Shown here: piece after piece, positions 38,505-46,533 of the stretch
How the letters are laid out: every line of letters starts with the position of its first letter
Position numbering within the stretch: the first letter of the stretch is position 1
From: Octopus sinensis
Lineage: Eukaryota
Length of the DNA: 46,533 bases
Reading direction: 5' to 3'
NCBI RefSeq assembly: GCF_006345805.1
Contig: NW_021834543.1
Location: 1-46,533, forward strand
Translations under genes and position numbers: made by a program
Notes under the pieces: generated by a model
What the model was told of the DNA's origin: nothing
Database searches by the model: none
Seen by the model: only the letters and a program-made list of their open reading frames with translations

Positions 38505-38586
38505 GTAGATAGATAGATAGGGAGATAGATAGATAGATAGATAGATAGATAGGTAGATAGATAGATAGGTAGATAGATAGATAGGG

Positions 38587-38679
<93 letters not shown>

Positions 38680-38680
38680 T
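38380..38680. repeat. (AGAT)n array with recurring GGTA and GGGA variants
   Basis: Directly visible. Confidence 0.95.
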
Positions 38681-39058
38681 ACATACATACATACATACAT
38701 ATACGATATGTATGTATTTAAGTCTGTACAACCATATCTATGTTGGAGTTTGAATTAGATAATGCTACAAATAATTACTGGGTGGAAAATGTCGAAAGCT
38801 GCTCATGTGACTCGGGTCGTCTTGTGAAAAGATTGCAGGCGTCATGCCACTATATACCGAAGCAACTCTTCCAAGTAACTCGATCGTTTTTGGAGGCCTT
38901 GCCCTTACAAGGGAGAATTGTATGTTATTTACGTGATAAGAATTTAGAAACTTAGAGCTATGAAGAGTATATAACATACACACACACACACATATATATA
39001 TATACATATACATTTACATATATATATACATACATACATACATACATACATACATACA

Positions 39059-39094
<36 letters not shown>

Positions 39095-39290
39095 TATATA
39101 CATATATTGATAAAAACGGTAAGATAACAAAAGAAAGAAAGAGACCTCGATATTATCTAAACAGAGGAATTTATCTGTAAATGTAATATGTGACAATTGT
39201 CATCATTTGAAGGCTAAAAACAATGCGAAGCGCATTGTGACTAGCGATGTGTCGCAACATTTGATAGCCTGGTCGCTCACAGTGATCACA

Positions 39291-39353
<63 letters not shown>

Positions 39354-39659
39354 TATATATAAGCACCGCCACCCGGCTGGATGCTGGCTTTGCTGGGTGG
39401 AGGTGCTTATCTTCACTTTGAAAACATAAGGAAACAGGAAATGCTTCAAGTCCAACAGGAAACGGTGTTTCCTAGGGCTAAATAGCAGTAGCATTCTTCC
39501 CTTTCATGGGACTCTCACATTAAGTTGACAACATGCCATCACTTTATCGTGCTGCTACTGCATAAATCTCTCTGAGAGATTTAGGAATGTATTATTTCTG
39601 ATTTATCTTTATTTTTTAAGTTTTCTTAAATAAATATAAACCTCGGTTTATTTAATTAC

Positions 39660-39866
39660 CTATTTTTGGATAGAAAATTCACAAAAAAGTCACTTCTATT
39701 GACTATTTAATGGCTATGGGGGGAGACTGGAGACATATAAAGATGTGCACGACTATCTTTGGACTGTTTTCAATAACCATAGAAAGTGTGAGCCCTCTAA
39801 CTAAAAAATTGTGGATTTGTATAAAGGACACACACACAGACATTTTGCCGTTTATATATATAGAGA
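39660..39866 (-). mobile_element. Helitron 5' fragment, same type as 31781
   Basis: Minus strand starts A|TCTCTATATATATAAACGGCAAAATGTCTGTGTG. No 3' end was found. Confidence 0.7.
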
Positions 39867-39867
39867 T

Positions 39868-39909
<42 letters not shown>

Positions 39910-39924
39910 GTGTACATGTATATT

Positions 39925-40322
39925 CTTATATTCTTTTACTTGCTTCAGTCTTTTGAGCACCACCTTAAAGGGGTGTTAATCGAACAAATCGACCCCGGAC
40001 CTACTCTTTGTAAGCCTACTACTTATGCTACTGGTCTCTTTTGCCGAACCGCTAAGTTACGGGGACGTACACACGCTAGCATTGACTGTCAAGCGATGGC
40101 GGGAGATAAGCACACATATAAACACAGACACAGACACACACAACACACACACACACATATATATATACGACAGGCTTCTTCTAGTTTCCGTCTACCAAAT
40201 CCACTCAGAAGGCTTTGGTCGGCCCGAGGTTATATTAGAAGACACTTGCTCAAACTGTCACTGAGTGGGACTGAACCCGGAACTATGTGGTTGGGAAGTA
40301 AGCTTCTTACAACACAGCCATA
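39925..40322 (-). mobile_element. SINE family B (diverged)
   Basis: Same organisation as 3563-3970. Confidence 0.85.
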
Positions 40323-41171
40323 TACATATGGCTTAGAGCCTGGTGAGGTAAGGTATTTCCAGAGAAGCACTCAACCCGAGTTCTAGGATATAAACACTGA
40401 CGGATTTCAGACTAATACCGAAATTCTTCAAGTGCAGAAAATCCTGGTTTCACGATGGTAAAGCCGTTGCGTGGGTGTAGCAAAGAGTAAATTATGATCC
40501 AAATAAAGAAATCCTTTAACATTTTTAATGATTCGTTACAATTATTTCTGTACCAGCTCTGCTTGCAACGCCAGTTTCCGCAAGAATTCGAAGTGAAAAT
40601 TTACGTAATGTTTGCGGTTTAAGACACGAGAGTGGCACTTTATCAGACTTACAATCAATGGTGTGCAGTCGCATTGTGCGTCTTCCAGATGGGTTTTTTT
40701 TCTTGCCAATTATTAAAGATGTGTTAATGGATGTTTGTCTTGTTATTCGGATTAAATATCTAAATGTATACACGCACAGATACACACGCGCACAAGATAT
40801 TCTACCGGCTAGAATACTTTGTGGATCTACCCGACGTTTTAAATTTTTCGGATTCGCTGCTTTAAACGACAGAGGCTTCATTAACAGTATAGCAGAATAT
40901 ATGTATATAAATGGGTTGTGAAAATTTTAAGTTCAGCCTACTCAATCGAATGACGCCACGCGAGGCATCGCAATTCCAGTCAAAGAGTTCATTGAAATTT
41001 CATGCTTATTTGCGTATATATAAAGTTTAATGATCCACGCGCGCACACACACACACATATATCAATTTATGATTGAATTCACACATCAAATATACACATC
41101 TCTGTGAGAATGTGTGTGTGAGACTGTGTGAGACTGTGTGTAATGTGTAATGTATATATATCTATTAATGT

Positions 41172-41222
<51 letters not shown>

Positions 41223-41231
41223 TTTGTGTGT

Positions 41232-41268
<37 letters not shown>

Positions 41269-41346
41269 CTAATGGCGGTGCTCCAGCTTAACTTGCGTCA
41301 AATGACTGAAACAAGTAAGACAGTAAAAGAAAATATATGTATAAAT

Positions 41347-41830
41347 GTCTGATCAATAAGTATCCGGACTGTTGCCATAGTGACGAAGCTAAAGCCTGCA
41401 GAGTGAAGCCGCTTGGCGTAGATTGATCTTCAACTCACTTGTGCATGTGCACTAAGTTTTGACGTTCTAGCTAACTTCCGCTCTTTACAGCAGCGCTAGG
41501 ACAGAAGGTGTATACCGTGAGATAGTCGCATTGACCATGACAAAGTCGAGCAGAAAATCTGCATCAAATTTGGCCTAAACCTTGGCGATACTTACTCAAA
41601 AGCCTACGCAAAGTTTTCAAACAGTTTTTATCTTTCTCTACACAATCAAGGAGATCTGAACCCCGAATGTCTTTTTGGTCAGCTGAAAGCGGTTTTGGCA
41701 CAAACTTGGTACACTCGCATCTCATACCCAAATCTTCAGTATTAATGAACTGAACTGAACCGTAACTAGTTTGCACATCTTCTGATAACTCACAGATGGT
41801 GATTCGATGATTTCCCTCACAGATACACGT
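41347..41830. mobile_element. Second, truncated copy of the head-to-head mariner derivative
   Basis: Has the left TIR GTCTGATCAATAAGTATCCGGAC and the same internal inversion junction as 5114-5997. The right TIR is missing. Confidence 0.8.
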
Positions 41831-42020
41831 ATATCTGCCATTTAAATGGCTGCCATTTAAGCGATGTGCTTTTCCATATGGGATGCAGTTGTGTTGCAAA
41901 ATCTGACTTGTGCATATTACGTAATTTCCATTATGTCCTTTATATTGAATCAAAATTTCATGCATTTATTTGTAAAGTTAAGGAAGTTATTAAAAATTGA
42001 AACCCATCATTGACTTTTGA

Positions 42021-42059
<39 letters not shown>

Positions 42060-42072
42060 TATAATATTGATA

Positions 42073-42312
42073 AATTAAGGTATCTACGAGATACCACCAT
42101 GCTGAAAAAGCAGCCATGATCTGACACTAAAACTACCTTAATTGTCCATATATCAACACGGAGAGAAAACAGAGAGACAAGATGAAACTAGTAAAAAATT
42201 TCTCTGTCTCTTTGTTTTCTCTCCGTGTTGATATATGGACAATTAAGGTGGTTTTAGAGTCAGATCATAGCTGCTATTTTCAGCATGGTGGTATCTCGTA
42301 GATACCTTAATT
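42073..42312. repeat. Long inverted repeat (arms about 107 bp, 25 nt spacer)
   Basis: 42073-42179 pairs with 42205-42312, with few mismatches. Confidence 0.92.
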
Positions 42313-42412
42313 CGTAATTTTATAATCATTACCTTTGAAGGTTACTTTTTCCATTGACTCACTTGATAAAATCATTATTTTATTTTTAAATTAACGATCT
42401 TATCCTTATATA

Positions 42413-42454
<42 letters not shown>

Positions 42455-42475
42455 ATATGTATGTATGTATGTATG

Positions 42476-42509
<34 letters not shown>

Positions 42510-42720
42510 TGTATGTATGTATATGCATGTATATATATATATCACCTTCGAAACGTAGAGTAGATGAAACCATAGCGACTGAAGAAGGGGTTTTTTCTTT
42601 GTGTTAATTGTCCTGTACTCTATTTTTTTGTTGTTTAAAAAAATGTCCAGTTCCTTGGGTTTGTGTCTATGTTTTCGTTTCTCGTTGTGTTCGACGTCTT
42701 TTTGGTGTCCTGTACTCATA
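42313..42720 (+). mobile_element. Probable PLE pseudo-LTR remnant interrupted by a microsatellite
   Basis: GAAAC at 42550 and CTGAAGA at 42579, then a T-rich tail similar to 2146-2272. Confidence 0.4.
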
Positions 42721-42821
42721 TATGCGTGTATATGTACATGTAGAGGTAGGTACGTACATATATGTTTATATATATGCATATGTTTTATTTATTAATATAT
42801 AAATATATATATGTATGTATG

Positions 42822-43622
42822 TATAGGGAGAGTTTACGGAAAAAACAAAAGACGAAGACGGGTGGTGTACAAAACAAACAGATGTATTAGTATAACGCTC
42901 AAGAATAGAAAAAGTCTTTTACGTTTCGAGCCAACGCTCTTCTACAGAAAGGGACACAGAAAACAAGGAGAGAAAAAAATGTGTGTAGTGGCTAACGATC
43001 AATCATGGCGACTAGTGCCGGACAGAAGGGTCACACACGAGAAGAAAAGTAGGGGAGATAACAAAGTAAAGATGACCCCCAACACGAAGGTGCGTGTGTG
43101 TATAAGAGAGTATGTATGTGTGTGAGAAAAGAGGGCTGGTGGTCTGGACGTGTGTGGGTAGTTGTGTGGGTGGTGTGTTGTGATGTGATGTGTAATGTTG
43201 TATGGTGTAGTGTGGTGTGGTGTGATGTTGTTGGGAGGTGGAGGAGGCGAGAGTGGGGAAAGCACGGGTGGGGTGTGGGTTCGGCTGAGGGTTGGGGTAG
43301 AGTTGAGGTTTGTGGGTAGGCAGAGAGTGGAGGAAGAGGTGGGATATGTGGTGGAGAGTGTGTGGGATAGGATGGGCGGATGTGAAGGATAGAGAAGGTG
43401 GAGTAGGGATGTGTCGGGATGGGTGGGCTTATGGAGGAGGGGAAGGTGGGAAAGTGAGGAGAGAGAGGAGGAGAGAAGAGAGAAATAGTGTAAGAGAGAA
43501 GGGAGAAAGAAAGTAAGAGAGAAGAGGGAAAGAGAGTAGGGGTGAAGAGAAGTAGGAGTCGGGGAGGAGGATAGATGAAGAGGGGAGGAGAGTTGAGCCC
43601 AAATAACGTAAAAGAGCGAAGA
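42822..43622 (-). mobile_element. PLE 3' UTR / pseudo-LTR, inverted relative to the adjacent ORF
   Basis: C-rich tract on the minus strand, then a hammerhead-like fold, then a (CATA)n junction. Confidence 0.6.
42916..42951 (-). ncRNA. Minimal hammerhead-like fold with A6U core
   Basis: Minus strand reads CTTT CTGTAGA A GAGC gttg GCTC GAAAC GTA AAAG. Stems I and II are perfect 4 bp stems and stem III has no loop. Confidence 0.6.
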
Positions 43623-43625
43623 TAC

Positions 43626-43656
<31 letters not shown>

Positions 43657-44814
43657 TGTATGTATGTATGTATGTATGTATGTATGTATGTATGTATGTA
43701 TATGTTATACTCTGAACCCTAAGCACTCCTTTAAATTTTAAAAAGTCGACATTGATCGATACTACCCCACAATTTCTCCTTTTCTTCTTAATAAGGCTAA
43801 TTTTCTCCAAGGTTAATTTTCGCCAAGGAATATTCCAATATATTTCGCGAGGATAGTGATATTATACTAACAGCCCGCTGAAATATCATATCTTTCGAAG
43901 GGAAATCCTGGGCCCGCAAAGATACACCCGATTTTTTCTACACCTCTACGGGAGCCTGTGACTCCGCCCAAGTTACTGACCTCTCCGGACTACATACTTA
44001 ACGGTCTCCATGAACAATTCGCCAACATCTCAAGTGGTCTATCCAGAGATGACGCTCTATTCACTATCCAAAATTCTGGTACCTGGACAATCGAACAAAC
44101 TAAAAAATGATTATAAAACTTCTTTAAAAACGTTGGTCCCAGCATGTGTTTCTGTAACAACGTCAAAACCGCTAAATTATTAGACGTTAGCCTGGACTTA
44201 CAAAACCAAACCTTTTACCCATACCACAAACCTGGAGAAAACCTCCACTTTGTGAACTTCTCCTCCACTCCCCCTCCATCATAATATCTATTGTAGAAAG
44301 CGTGTCCTACCGCATCTCATTATCTGATAATCAAAATTTTTTCGATCAATTTGCTGAATACTACAACTGTGCCCTACGTGCCAGATATAAACATTCAACT
44401 GAATACATCACTATGTAGGGCATCCCTCTCTCAACTAAAAAACTGAGCAAAAACAGTTCCCGAACTTCATATGATAGAACTAATACCCCTACCCCACCTC
44501 CAATACCTACCCAAACATTGGAGCAGCAATCAACCTAACAAACTATGCCCCCTACAAGATAACCCCTAATTCTATATACACCATAACCCATCAAAACAGA
44601 CACCAACAAACACATCCAAAACCCTACCTCCATCCAGGTAAGCGCACTAATCGGATGAAACGAACTAGAACCTGAGATGTCATATGGTTCCACCCCATCT
44701 TGCCCTTAATGTCCAGACTCGAGTGCCTAAACTCCTCTTCGCCCTACTCGAAAAACATTTCCCAAAATCTAACCCCCTTAGAAAAATATTTAACTCCCAA
44801 TCTATAAAATCGTC

Positions 44815-44900
44815 TACTCCACCACCACCTCACCACCACCACCACCACCACCACCACCACCACCACCACCACCTCACCACCACCACCACCACCTCACCAC
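44815..44900. repeat. (CAC)n microsatellite inside the PLE ORF
   Basis: Directly visible. Confidence 0.9.
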
Positions 44901-45128
44901 CACTACTACAATCACCGTTGCCGGAGTTATCCGACATTTTAACAGCAAGAAACTCCGAAATCCACTAATGCCTAACCCCACCTAAGTAAATTAATTGAAC
45001 ATAGCCTCCAACTTCATACATATAAAGCCAATACACCAATTGACCCCCATAACAAAACAAACCCTCATAATTACAATTATAATGTCATTGCTAACACCCG
45101 ACCCTTAAATTTACCACAACACCCACAT

Positions 45129-45515
45129 ATACCTATTTCTTTATTACCCACAAGGAGCTAAACATAGAAGGGACAAACAACCACAGACATAGGTATTAAG
45201 TCGATTACATCGACCCCAGTGCGTAATTAAGTACCAGTTACGAACTGGGGTCGATATAATCGACTTAATCCGTTTGTCTGTCCTTGTTTGTCCCCTCTGT
45301 GTTTAGCCCCTTGTGGGTAGTAAAGAAATAGGTATTTCGTCTGCCGCTACGTTTTGAGTTCAAATTCCGCCGAGGTCGACTTTGCCTTTCATCCTTTCGA
45401 GGTCGATTAAATAAATACCAGTTACGCACTGGGGTCGATGTAATCGACTCAATCCGTTTGTCTGTCCTTGTTTGTCCTCTCTGTGTGTAGCTCCTTATAG
45501 GCAGTAAAGAAATAC
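45129..45515. mobile_element. Three fused family C SINE pieces inserted in the PLE
   Basis: A minus-strand tail (about 45129-45224), then two plus-strand partial copies joined at AAATAGGTAT|TTCGTCTGCC. Confidence 0.85.
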
Positions 45516-45989
45516 CAACTATAACAACAAAACAAACACCGATTCCTCACTAAATAACAATCCTCTCACAAGCTCATCCGGAACACCCCTACATACCTAT
45601 GCATCTTCAGACGCCCAACCTCCTATCATTTAGATAACCGTTGTCTCACTAAAGCCATAGTATCAACTAACAATTGCAACTAGATTTACATCGGTTCATG
45701 TATAACCACCATCAAAGCTACGGATGAGCAATCACTACTCTACCTTCAAATCCCATACAAAATCTAACAGTAAATCGTTATCTCAACTTATCAATAAATT
45801 AACGCTTGACTCAACTCCATACACTCCCAAATAGTCCCTAGTCACCAAGCTGATACAATAATAAGTGTGATCTTTGCATCGCCGAGGTCATGGTTGTTTT
45901 GCAATCCACGGACTGTCTCAATTAACGCAGCAGTATAATATTTACCTGCAAACACTAAATCTATTCTCGGAAAACCAAATAATTACATC

Positions 45990-46533
45990 CCACCCTGATC
46001 TTGTCACTCCATAACTCTCATATATTCTTTTTCTCACTCATCTACCCTCGCTACCACTGCATATTGATGCAACAATATTTTTTCTCCCCTTTTAATTCCT
46101 TAATCGTCAATTACAATTTCTTTTCCCTATTTTTGGCGGCTGAGGGTATTTGTCTCCCCTTCGTAAATGTATATAAGGACACAGGAAAAATGTGTCAAAG
46201 CCATCAGGAGGCGTCGATGCTTCCTAGGGCTAAACAGCGGTGGTGTACCCCGATACTGTCACGTTCATGTTAGATTGACAGTATACAACCATCTTAAAAT
46301 ATTCTTCTCTCATTATACTTCTACTACCTCTCATCCTATCCATCCACCCGTAAACGTCCAAATACATACGCACGCCTACATACACCTTCACCACTTCATT
46401 GACTTTCTTTCCTTGTACCAATTTACGCCCTTTGACCATAAAACCATTAGACCTGCTTAAACTTTCCACCTTACCTTGCTTTATGCATACATAATTTCTT
46501 TTGTCCAACTCGACCAAAAATATTCCTCACCCT
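45990..46533 (+). mobile_element. Probable PLE 3' UTR, running off the window
   Basis: Follows the endonuclease and is G-poor. TTCCTAGGGCTAAA at about 46221 is shared with about 39469. Confidence 0.45.

Larger units (their letters stand above)
43740..45960 (+). pseudogene. Decayed Penelope-like element ORF (RT followed by GIY-YIG)
   Basis: KVDIDRYYPTIS (43742), FEGKSWARK...TGACDSAQVTDLSGL (cf. MGSYDGAEVCELVG), GLSRDDAL (cf. GLYRDDGL, 44036), LLDVSLDLQNQTFYPYHKPG, LLEKHFPKSNPLRKIFN, and endonuclease IYIGSC...MSNHYSTFK...KCDLCIAE. Many stops and frameshifts. Confidence 0.9.

Noticed and set aside
38740-38955. 71 aa ORF in unique-looking sequence
   Set aside because: No homology recognised and no clear acceptor or donor. 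An ORF of this length is expected by chance.

Overview
AT-rich, microsatellite-dense eukaryotic DNA with no protein-coding host exon I can support and no prokaryotic features (no CRISPR array, no operon). The repeat families and composition point to a coleoid cephalopod, probably Octopus; this is an inference without a database search. The window is a mosaic of decayed mobile elements: three tRNA-derived SINE families (called A, B and C here), at least five remnants of Penelope-like retroelements (PLEs), two adjacent R4/Dong-type non-LTR fragments at a (TAA)n tract, an RTE-like 3' end, mariner and pogo/Tigger relics, and several non-autonomous Helitrons, one keeping part of a PIF1-family helicase. 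A 2.5 kb (CATA/CATG)n array and a 165 bp tandem repeat are also present. The most interesting signal is a set of minimal hammerhead-ribozyme folds in the PLE terminal repeats, most with unusual catalytic cores (U3-A8, C3/A8, U4C, A6U). Each lies about 50-100 nt upstream of a microsatellite junction. A second recurrent motif carries the hammerhead core words in reversed order (GAAA, 24-26 nt, CUGANGA), twice downstream of a long fold-back. The long ORFs in the supplied track are artefacts of simple repeats. Coordinates were counted by hand and element boundaries are approximate.
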